From Geosiphon pyriformis uo1 (Eukaryota > Fungi > Glomeromycota), in assembly GCA_016748015.1 (NCBI GenBank), contig JAAOMT010000578.1:9153-35259 (forward strand): 26,107 nt of DNA, read 5' to 3'. Every line of letters starts with the position of its first letter. Within the stretch, counting starts at the first letter, position 1. Shown piece after piece: positions 11,170-21,700 of this stretch. The position numbers and the translations under genes were made by a program. The notes beneath the pieces are model-generated. The model saw only the letters and a program-made list of their open reading frames with translations, did not search any database and was not told the origin of the DNA.

Positions 11170-11769
11170 TGCAGAGATTGTAACAAAAAACTTTCATCAA
11201 TGGGAGCCTGCATTTCACTTGAAGAAAAATATGAAAATCATACTTGTTATTACTGCAAGGCTTGCCACAGAGAATGATAGGGCCATCTAATAAAAAAAAG
11301 TGGAAAATAAGACAACATTCTTTGTTTGACTTGTGGAGATATGCTACCAGAAGAATACAATTAGATTAATGTAGCAATGAGAGGAGGAGTCTGCAATCAA
11401 ACCTGCCAATATGTTTTATCAATTTCAGAAAAAGTCAAAAAAGGAACACCCTTTGATGCAGCATATAACAGTACTCTCAACAAATTTTATCACTACTTCC
11501 ATGATGCTGAGATGATTTTTAACCTAGTAATGGCATTAATTAATGGAGCTACCAAAGAAGATGTCTGTCAAATGAAGGAAACAGAATACACTAAATACAC
11601 CATGGAATTAGCTGAATTTGATTACAAAGATGAAATAGAAGTCTACCACCAAATTGCAAGTCACACCTATCCAATCCAAGAAGCTCAAATTCAACAATTA
11701 GAGCAAATAAACATTAGGCTATGTGAAGAATACATTATGCCTTGTGATAAACAGTGGTGTTCTGAATGC
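11170..11769 (+). pseudogene. Cys-rich domain of unknown function within pol
   Basis: In the pol frame: CRDC, CYYCKAC, CLTC, CNQTC, a helical stretch, then CEEYIMPC..WCSEC. Confidence 0.6.
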
Positions 11770-11883
11770 TATGCCCTTAGCATCCCACTACCAATTAAAG
11801 ATGACCAGCACAAAATCAAATTTGGAATACAGGATAAAGAAGTCTCAGTAACTCTTATTTATCTTGCCAAAAATCAACCTGCC

Positions 11884-12315
11884 ATAATACTCAAATACTT
11901 CAACAATAAAGGACAAGGAATCAAGCCTGAGAAAGCCCACAAAATTGATGCTGGATATGATTTAAGATATTCAGAAAAAAATACCCTCATTCTTCAACCA
12001 AAATCCCTTACAAAAATTAATCTAAAAATTGCTCTTGAAATCCCACCAGGAATGATGGTGCAAATTGCCTTCCAATTCTTCCTAGCAAGCAAAGGAATCA
12101 ACATAAGAGGAGGAATTATTGATGCTGAATATACTGGAGATATTACAGTAATGCTTCAAAATGAAACTGACAAACCATTCAAGATTAAACACACTAAAAA
12201 GATTGCCCAAGCTATTTATTTACCCTTAATCAACATTTCGGGTTTGCAATTAGTTAATCAAAGAGAACAATTAGGGAAAAGCGAGAGAGGAACCCAAGGT
12301 TTTGGTTTAACTGGA
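11884..12315 (+). pseudogene. dut: Trimeric-type dUTPase domain within pol, between protease and RT
   Basis: All five motifs in order: I DAGYDL, II IAFQFFLA (decayed ASRSSLA), III GGIIDAEYTGDI, IV KIAQAI, V RGTQGFGLTG. Confidence 0.95.
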
Positions 12316-12849
12316 CGATTTATGATTCCAGTTAATATAGCCCTTAATACACAGAATGAATTTTACCAGATTCTTAGACTTCCACAACCAATAACCATTT
12401 CACCCTTTGAAGAACATCATGAAATTTATACCTGCGGAAAACTTACTACTACTCAACAAATCTTCGAAGCCAATAAACAAATTTACATGAAACATGGCAT
12501 CTCAATTCCAAACATTTATATTCCAAAAGGAATGAAGAAAGTCCGAGTTACTTTTTACAACCCCAATCATTACTCCATCATTTTACTAAATAATTTGGAA
12601 ATTGGAATTATTCATAGCAAAATCTTTCAACAAAAATTACTCCAAACAGTTTTGAATTTTTCAGAAATTATTGGACATTCTCTCCCAAAATTCAATCCAA
12701 AACCCAGCTCTAAAAACTATCACATTGTTATTGGAAAGTTATCCCAAATTAACATAGAACAACTAGAGCTCCAACAACAGAATCAGCTTAAGGAGTTAAT
12801 TGCAGAACATGCAGACATATTTGCTGAAAACAACAATAATTTAGAAAGA

Positions 12850-13770
12850 ACTGATTTGGTTCAACATCAAATCTATACAGGAGATGCCAAACCTAAATGA
12901 CAACAAGCATACTGAGTTGCCCCAGAAAGCCACCAATTTATTCGAGAAGAAGTTCAAAGAATGCTTAACAATGAGTTCATGCAACCATTAATGAGCCCAT
13001 GGGCTTCATCAATAATACTTGTTAAAAAGAAAAACAGAAAAATCCAATTTTGTATTAATTATCAACAATTAAACAATGTCACAATTGGAGATGCCTACCC
13101 CCTTCCCTGAATCAATGATATGTTAGATGCACTTGGAAAATCCAAATACTTTTCAACATTAGATTTAGAAAGCAGATACTGGCAAGTTGCCATGGATCTC
13201 AAGGATCGCCCCAAAACAGCATTTACAACACAATGAGGAAACTACAAATTCAATGTAATGTTCTTTGGATTATGCAATATGCCAGCAACATTCCAAAGAC
13301 TCATGGATGTTGTATACACTAGACTCTTTTGGAAATCAGTAGTTGTCTATCTTGATAACACTAATGTTTATTTCCCATCTTTCGAACTTTATCTAATTCA
13401 CCTGTAAGAAATTTTTCAATAATTACATAAAGCAGGATTAAAATTAAACATCGAAAAATGTCATTTTGGAAAAACAAGCTTGGTCTTTCTTGGTCACATA
13501 GTTAGTGAAAAAGGAGTCAAACCAGACCCAGGAAAAATCAGTGCTGTTAAGAATTTCAAAGTTCCACAAAAAATACCACAGAACTAAGAGGATTTGTTAG
13601 ATTAGCTTCTTATTATCAGAAATTTATCAAAGGATTTTTGGAAATAGCAAAACCCTTCAACCAGCTCAACACTAAAAACACTGAATACAAATAGATGGAA
13701 CACCAAAACACCTTTGAAATACTCAAAGAAAAGCTCACCACAACTTCAATTCTCGCCTACCCAGACTTTA
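12850..13770 (+). pseudogene. pol: Reverse transcriptase domain of pol
   Basis: SPWASSIILVKKK, QFCINYQQLN, DAYPLP*I, YFSTLDLESRYWQV, KTAFTT, MFFGLCNMPATFQRLM, VYLDN (YLDD decayed; 13348-13359), KCHF and FLGHIVS. Frameshift in the A-run near 13570. Confidence 0.97.
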
Positions 13771-14156
13771 GCAACCAATTCTGATTAGCTACAGATGCCT
13801 TTTATACTGCTTTTGATGCCATTTTATCACAAATAAATGACAATGGCAATGAACAAGTAATTGTTTATGCAAGTAGAACATTAAAACCAGCAGAGAAAAA
13901 CTACCCAACAACAGAATTAAAGACCGCAGCAGTAATATGGGCCTTACACCACTTTGATCTTTATCTCAAACCTAAAGAATTTGATATTATCACTGATAAT
14001 ATTGGACTCAAATGGTTACAAAACAAAAACATGAAGTAAAATGCAAAACAAACTAAATAGACAGAATTTTTAGCAAACTACCAATATGTAGTACATCACA
14101 AACCAGGAAAACTCCACACCAATATTGACTGTCTCTCCAGAATGAGACAAAATTAG
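13771..14156 (+). pseudogene. Ty3/Gypsy RNase H domain
   Basis: LATDAFYTAFDAILSQ, YASRTLKPAEKNYPTTEL, IITDN, HHKPGKLHTNIDCLSR, then TAG at 14154-14156. Confidence 0.93.
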
Positions 14157-14196
14157 AAAACACAAATCAACACTCAAACCTAACAACCAACAAACA

Positions 14197-15582
14197 ATGA
14201 ATTCAAAAGACTACAACAATCTCAAACAATATTTGAAGACATTAACAATCCCAACAGATTGGTCTTCAGATGAAAACTATTGATTACAACAACAAACCAG
14301 ACAATATTTTCTATACAACAACATTATTTATCATTGAAATTTCAAAAACCCAGACAAACTACTCAGATTAATATAAAAACATGAAAAAGAGACTATATTA
14401 TACAATATACACTCAGATCCTTCATCAGCACACTTTAGAAAAGACAACACCACCCAAAGAATACTAGAATACTATTTTTGGCTCCGAATAAAAAGAAACA
14501 TACATCAATATGTTGAATCTTGTAATAGTTGTCAAAGAAGAGGAAAAACACACCCTACTAAACCTTTAAATCCAATCAAAATTGGACAACCTTTTGACTG
14601 AGTTGGTATCAATTTAGTTGGACTGCTATCTATTACCATGCAAGGAAACTAATACATAGTAGTAGTAATAGATTATCTTACCAAATGGCCCAAACTCAAA
14701 GCTATTCAACGAGCAGATGCAAAATCAGTAGCAAATTTTATCTATGAAGATATTATTTGTAGACATAGATACCCAATTGAACTTTTATCTGATCAGGGGA
14801 CACATTTTGTGAACAACCTGATACAAAAAATTTGTAAATAATTTAATGTCAAAAGACTTTTATCTTCACTCTATCATCCACAGACAAATGGATTAGTGAA
14901 ACGTTTTAACAGAACATTGTGTAAATCACTAGCCAAAATCTCAACAGATTTTGAGCAAGAATGGGATATTTTTATTTTATCAGTGTTACTAGCATATAGA
15001 ACACTAAAACAATATACAACAAAACACACACCATTTGACCTTACTTATGGAAGAACAGCAAAATTACCAATTGAATTCACAGTGGAAACATATTCAATAC
15101 AACCAATCACAGAAGAAAACTTACAAAAAACACTTCAGCAAAGAGCTTATACTCTTCTCAGTACTTTAGAAGAAAAAAGATGTATAGCAGCCACCCACAT
15201 TAAAAATTTACAAGCCCAACAAAAAAAAAGACATGACAACAAACTGCCACCAGTTACAAATGAATTTAAAGTTGGAAATAAAGTTCTTTTACACCAAACT
15301 AAGACTGAAAAACAATGGAATAGAAAATTTGAACATAAATAAGATAGACCATTCTTTGTTCACGAAATCTTAGAAAATGGATCATATAAGTTAAGACTTG
15401 ATGAGAAAATACTAACAAAAGTTGCACATGGAGATCAATTGAAACATTATCACTCCAGAACACATCCTGAACTATTAATCCCACAAATTGGTACACATTC
15501 TCCTTTAATTAACCCCGAAGATATTCCCCAAAATTTGGAACCAATAATTGTTATTGAACAACCTCCCAATTTGAACACTTAA
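14197..15582 (+). pseudogene. Integrase (HHCC, DDE, GPY/F), no chromodomain
   Basis: ATG at 14197. H-SDPSSA-H...CNSC zinc finger, VGINLVG (D>N), LSDQGTHF, YHPQTNGLVKRFN (E>K), *DRPF (WxGPF decayed). Stop at 15580-15582. Confidence 0.95.
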
Positions 15583-15743
15583 TTACTACAGTTATTCTTC
15601 TATAAAAATTCAGAAACAATCCTACAAAAATAACATAAAAATTCACATATCCAAAAATAATTTCACTTAAGAAAATTTTTAGTTTCTTAAAAATCATTAT
15701 AATAACTATTCCACAAAACATTCAACAATTATCCCAAAAACTA

Positions 15744-16367
15744 ATGTTAGCTTTAAAAACAATACCTGAATTATCTATTACTATTACAAGAAAACATATT
15801 AATTATACTCAAACAGAAACAGCCACAACCTTATCCCCAAAATCACGAAATTATCACCCTTATAAAAAAAACACTAGAAGTTATTCTGGAATTTACCTAC
15901 CAGAACTTTTGAAGCTTGCCTTGAAAAAAAATTTGTTGCTCCCACCTATTAACATTCCACCAAATGCCACAATTTAACAAAAACTTCAACAGTGTTTTAA
16001 TGAAGAAAACAATAAATACCCTCCAATCTATAGATATTTTCACATTGGAAAAACACTGCATGAACAAAAACTAGAACTCACAACAGCCAATCTTACAAAA
16101 AAAGCCATTCAAAAACAACTCTACAATGAATTTAAAACAACGGCTGGACCAACAAACAGTTGCTACAAACTTAGAGCAGTTCTTAGACTTTATAACTTAT
16201 TTTACACCTGTGAAAATGTCTTACAAAACCCAAGTTTACAACCAATACATTGGGAAACTCACAGAACTGAAATTTTAACAATTTTCAGACCAAATTTTTT
16301 CAGTAATTTTGGATTACTATCTAGAATATACAGACAGTACTTGGAATTTGATGAAGCTCAGTCTTGA
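15744..16367 (+). pseudogene. Extra 3' ORF (about 207 codons) of unknown function between integrase and PPT
   Basis: The frame runs from ATG 15744 to TGA 16365-16367 with one internal TAA (15975, plausibly from CAA): ...IYRYFHIGKTL...LRAVLRLYNLF...EFDEAQS*. Confidence 0.65.
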
Positions 16368-16375
16368 GAAAGAAG
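16366..16375 (+). promoter_or_regulatory. Polypurine tract
   Basis: GAGAAAGAAG ends 3 nt before the 3' LTR. Confidence 0.8.
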
Positions 16376-16378
16376 TTA

Positions 16379-17362
16379 TGTTATCAACTGAAACTTGAGA
16401 TATTAATTAACATAATATTACCCTTATAATTTCTACCATTAAATTAGCATATATTATCATTCAAATTATCACTTATTATTTAATCAAATTATCGAATATT
16501 ATCAATTAATTAATAACCTAATTTGTACTATAAAAAGTAAAATGATCAAATTACACAATACCCCAAACCATTTAACATTCAAGAGTTCGCCAAAATTTGT
16601 AAAAATTCACCGAAATAATTAATAGTTCACTGAAATATTCAATAGTTCATAGAAATAACTTGTAAGTTTACCAAAAGATATTTTTAGTTTGTTGAAACCA
16701 TAGTAAAGAAAATAGTTCAAGTTCATAGACTAGTACTACAACAAATTGTATAAAAGAAGAGCCTTTCTCTTCAAAAAAATGTATCTTTTACTTTTAAATA
16801 TCTTACTTGAGACTTATTAATTAGAATTGTTCTTACAAAAATGAAATAAAAATCAAATAATTCAAAAAGTCAACTTTCTTAATTATTGCACTTGAAAATT
16901 CCAAAAAAAAACCCAACTAACATTTTGAAATTGATTAGCTACCAATTTCAGTAAAACTGTTAATGACTCCAGGCCTGGATAAAAAACGTTTCTCTTGACA
17001 GAATTCTATTTTTTTTACATTTCTTTTATTTTCTTTTATTTTCTTACTATAATTATTAGGGTAGCTTACAGACGAGATTTTTGTAGAAGAGTTGACTTTC
17101 ACAGCAAAGTAACTACATTTTTTTGTGAGCTTCCAAACGAGCAATTTCTGAGAAAGAGTTGATGTTTACTACAACGTAACTACATAAAGTAACTGGCATA
17201 GAATTGGTCATTCTACTCATAAGCCCAGCAGTTCAAATTATAGGAAATAATTTGAAGATAAATTCAGTTACTAGAGGTTCCAACTACATCCAAAAAACGT
17301 GAATTTACAGCAAACAGGCATTAACAACCATTAAAAAAAGAGACCAAAAACCTCCAGTAACA
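16379..17362 (+). repeat. 3' LTR (984 bp)
   Basis: TGTTAT...GTAACA, a direct repeat of 7568-8550. Candidate poly(A) signal AATAAA at 16845-16850. Confidence 0.97.
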
Positions 17363-17366
17363 CCAC
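17363..17366 (+). repeat. Right target-site duplication CCAC
   Basis: Matches 7564-7567. The fifth base does not match, so the TSD is 4 bp. Confidence 0.9.
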
Positions 17367-18494
17367 CAAGAATTGGTTCCATGCAAAAAACAGATTCCAG
17401 ATCATTATTAAAATCAAAACCAACCACAGCACAGTGAATTCTATTACTAGTTTCTATAGATTTGTTTATGATGCAAGTTTTCCCACCAGCTTTTTTCAAA
17501 AGAGTCCCAAGATTATGTGCTATTATTCCTACTGGCAAAGTAAACAAAAGTGCTCTGAACCAATCTCTAAATGTCCAAATTTCATGATCTCTTACTGCTT
17601 TGGCTATATACATAGAATCTTTACCAATTAGGAATGACAACTTAGAGGCCAACACATTAGTTTGGTCCAATTCAGCAAATTTCACCACAGTCTTTTGCCA
17701 CATCCCAATTAATTAAATTTTGATTGACTTAATTTCTTCAAATTTGGATACTGTGGCAATAATCATATTCTTAGGTGTATTTATGGGAATTTTTTTGATT
17801 ACCACAGCCCAATCTGACCTCATTTCTTGTCTTTTAAGATTACTGTTTACATTGATTTCTTTTTCTCTGACCAATAACATAGCCATTTTCATGCTTTTTT
17901 TGAAGTAAAGGTAGATCTAATAATTTTCTCAAATTTTAAGAGGGTAATGGTCCCCCCAAAACTATTAACTAATGAAAATAATTTTCTGATGATTTGAGTT
18001 TTCATTGTTGCTAAATTGTCTTCCATTGCTGAAAGATTGATGTCCAAAGCAAATGATTTTTTAACAGCAAAATTCATCTGAATTTTAATAATTTTTGGGT
18101 CAATTCATTTTTTATTTAGGAAAATTGGGAGATAAAAAGAAAAAAAAACTTCTTCATCATCATCCATAACAAAATTAAGAGAACCAAAAATGGCACTAGT
18201 ATTGACATGCTTTAATTTAAAAGTATTGACAGCCAAATCCAGAAGAAATCTAACATTAATACCAGTCATATTAGCACTTTTTTCATTATTAAACAGACTA
18301 TCCACATCAGAAAACACATTGTTACCAAGCTCAGACTTGTTCAGAGAGATATTTTTTTTGTCACTTAAGTGTTTGATATTCCCAAGTGCAACTTTTTTTT
18401 TCTATGAGAAAAAGCCACCTGCAAAACCATGAAAAACATTCTTCGATGTCTTCTTTTTAAACATATTGCCACTAGAAACAGTCTCCAAGTTCAC
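17363..18494 (-). pseudogene. LINE-A ORF1, 5' part
   Basis: VNLETVSSGNMFKKK..FAGGFFS*KKKVALGNIK..KFEKIIRSTFTS..MWQKTVVKFAE..RALLFTLPVG..EPILGG. Homologous to LINE-B 25457-25345 and 24747-24100. Confidence 0.85.
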
Positions 18495-18758
18495 GAAAAA
18501 GAGATTATTAAAAAGAGAAATTGTGAGATACTAACAAGAAAAAAATAAAAAAAACTTCTTTTTTAGAAAAATGCTTTTTAAGGATTTGTGAATATAAAAG
18601 AAAAAGAAGTTTTTTTAAATAGTAATTTTTTTATTATTAAAGTTTTACAAATTTAGCCCAATCACTATCTAAATACATAAAATCAAACAAAATTCTAAAT
18701 TAATATGATTTATGCTTTTTTTATACATGACTAGTTACTTAAGCCAATTAAAATAACA

Positions 18759-21700
18759 TTATACACTTAAACCATTTATTATAGAAAAATTATGCAAAAA
18801 ACTAAAATACATATTTGCCAAACCAGAATACAAACCAAAACAAACATAAGTACCTAACTTGATGCCAAAATTACAAATCATCTTATGAGACCACAGAGAT
18901 ACCAAACCAGAAACAACTGAAATCATGGATCTATTTCTTAATAAAAAACTCTGTTTTTTATAATGTACTTTTAATTTAGTAGTTAGCATCCAGATAGCAA
19001 ATCTATAATCTTTAGTAAAATTTCAGACCAAATTGATGACTATTAAACTTCTATTAGACTCAAAACCTAACAAACTTACTATATTAATTACTCACTTTTT
19101 CATCACAAAACTTTTGGCCAAAGCCATATACAAGCAACCAAAAAATTCAGCCTTATACAATGATCAAATTACTGTACAACTAGTATCACCAATGTCCAGC
19201 AAATTTGTCCAAACTCTAATCATATCAGAAATTAACTTTTTTCTAATATTAGTGTTTTGTATATACAAAATATATAATCAGAATTCTTAATTAATTCATA
19301 CCAGATACACAATATGCTAAGATAACTCAAATTATATAGTTTTTTTTTCTTGGCTGTAGGCAGTCAATGATATAGAGTCTTTATAAAATAAGATCTTAGT
19401 ATTACAAAGGCAGAGCTTAAGAAACCAGAATAAATTCTACTATCAGGTTGTCAAATGTAAAAAGTCTAATACATATTCAGTAATTTACCAAAATTTACAT
19501 TTATAACATTACTTGCATACTTGAATTCTCAATCAACAAAACCAACAGTCTCAAACAAATGTCTTACAAAGTAACAAGTATTTTTAAAAACAGATTTGTC
19601 TTTAATAGCAAGAAAACAATGCAGTATTTTAACAGACAACACAAACTTAAACTTAGTGGCACTAGCAAAAAAGTTAGCACACTCATTATCAACAATTCCA
19701 GAATGTTTTTTGACTTTTTTCTAACAAATTAACAAGTTTTTAAAAGCAATAGTAAAATAAATGTGTTCTTTCTCAATTCAGCATTTTTCATAAAAATTGA
19801 GAACAACACAATTATCAATTAAAGCACACATATTCAAAAATGCCTGACTATCTGTAAACAATATCATTGAGCTTAAAACTGGAATGCAGTCCAAAATAAG
19901 AACACTGGTCTGCAGTTTTGCCAGAATTAAAGTAAGCAAATTATAGATCTTAACTTTTATACTCAAATCAATATTTAAAAAGTAAGTAATAGCATTACTA
20001 TAAGCACTTAAAAATTCCAAACCCCAAATTGATTTATCTGTATAAACACTTATTTTACCAAACTTATTTTTAATAAGACACTTATTAATAAATTCTAGAT
20101 TGTATGAGTATTTATTAAGAGCAGAACAATAAACCAAAACACTACCATCAGCCAAATCATCATTCTTAATAAATGAGACTAATAAAATAAATCAATCAGA
20201 AACATGGTCCCTAAAATTCAATCTTTTCTATCTGTAAAATGTGTTTTATGTAAAACACATGTTATAATAATCCAACAATTAATTCATAAAAACAATGCCA
20301 AATCTTTTTAGTAAGCTTATTACATCTAAGTACCAGTCTATATCTAAGATATTTGCAACAAAAACACTACTACCAGCCCAAAAAACATTAAGTATATTAT
20401 TGATTAAAAATAACTCATATAATGTTAATGTGTTAGTTATATTGGCCAGAAAGCAATTAATGAAATTAATTGACAATTTGATCAGAAAGCTTAAGAGCTG
20501 CTAAGGCATCTAGCTAACAGCCTACAGATTTATGGCCTTGTTTTCAAACAAATTACCAAGAATATCCCTCAAGTTAGTGAAATTAACCAAACTAATTAGT
20601 AAATATTTAACTTATATCTGCCCAAAAAATTTGAGACCATACAACTTAGGATAAGAGATAGCTTTATTTGAAATATCTTTAGATAAGTTGGTTTTGAGTT
20701 TTAGCTCTTTTTTAAACAATCTGTTTTATTTTTTATATACACTTATTGAAATATAACTAAACTGTACTCTATAATTAATAATAAACTGAAATACTACAGA
20801 CACTAGGTACAAAAATTGCTTATTCAATACAGTTTTCTTTAAAACCAGATTTGTAAAAAACTTAACATTTGAATAAGCTTTAATAATACTAGGTTTAAAG
20901 AGACCATTCATAAACAAAAAAATGCCCAAGTATCTATAAAATTCATTTTTCTTTGTGATCAAAATATTGAATTTACTAACTAATAGTTGAAAGTTTTCTA
21001 TTTTTTAATTGATGGGTATGACAACTGTTTTGTTTGTATTAATCAAAATATTATTGATCTGAAAAAATTTACTTGCTATGTTTAAAATGTTTTGAGTAAT
21101 AAACATACTATTTCTAATCCAAATTGTGTTGTCCATAAAAACCCCAGTTGCCAGAAAAAATGTCTTGTCACCTTTGAGATTCTGCTTGTCAGACTTTATA
21201 AAAAACCTAAAATTCAATCTGTATCTATATAATCTATTATTTTTCTTAATTTTGCAAAGTAAAAGATCATAAAAGATCTTCTACAATAGTAGTAAAAACA
21301 TTTTTTTTTGATTCAGATCATCATAAACAACATAATTATTTGTAAGCCCAAAATTCATTATTATCTGATTGATTTGATCATTGTATATACTTCCAAAAAA
21401 CTCAATAAAATAGAAATACATTTTAATCCTAATCAAACTGTTTCACAAGTGAAATCATTTAATAGAATTATATGCTTTTTTTATGTTCTAAAAAACCAGC
21501 CATAGCTTTTTATTTTTTTTTAATACATCCTTAATAATTGAACCAATAGCAAAAATCAGAATTTATGTAGATATATTCTTCAAAATTGAGAAGTTATTAT
21601 TATACAAAACATCAAACTTACTATAAGCCAAAGAGATTTTGTCCAATAAAATCTTAGATAAAATTTTTCAGACTGTTTCAATTAATACTATTAGTCTGGT

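Larger units (their letters stand above)
7568..17362 (+). mobile_element. Full-length Ty3/Gypsy (Metaviridae) LTR retrotransposon carrying a dUTPase, inactivated by point mutations
   Basis: Paired LTRs with T(G/A)TTA(C/T)...GTAACA ends, a 4-bp TSD, PBS, PPT, and domain order Gag-PR-(dUTPase)-RT-RH-IN. Confidence 0.97.
2132..18625 (-). mobile_element. LINE-A: full-length non-LTR retrotransposon (ORF1 with CCHC; ORF2 APE-RT-RNase H-CCHC), decayed, interrupted by the Gypsy element at 7568-17362
   Basis: Domain fragments are colinear on the minus strand. The poly(A) tail is at 2141-2132 and the 5' end (TTACTATTTAAAAAAACTTC) is homologous to the 5' end of LINE-B. ORF1 reads through the empty insertion site as ...EPILGG|VKLY*ARINLVQCEKC. 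Confidence 0.92.

Noticed and set aside
11884-12315. dUTPase as a direct counter-defence against the C>T mutator
   Set aside because: dUTPase lowers dUTP pools and does not repair deaminated cytosine in integrated DNA. The element is heavily mutated anyway.
15400-15582. Chromodomain at the integrase C-terminus
   Set aside because: Only a short Pro/Ile-rich tail follows GPY/F, with no Y-x-V-K-W-x-G-type motif.
15744-16367. env gene
   Set aside because: Too short, with no signal peptide, furin site or transmembrane anchor evident.
8552-16367. Alternative genetic code or stop read-through to explain the in-frame stops
   Set aside because: All three stop types occur at Trp, Gln or Arg positions reachable by C>T/G>A, alongside dead catalytic residues and frameshifts. 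This is decay.
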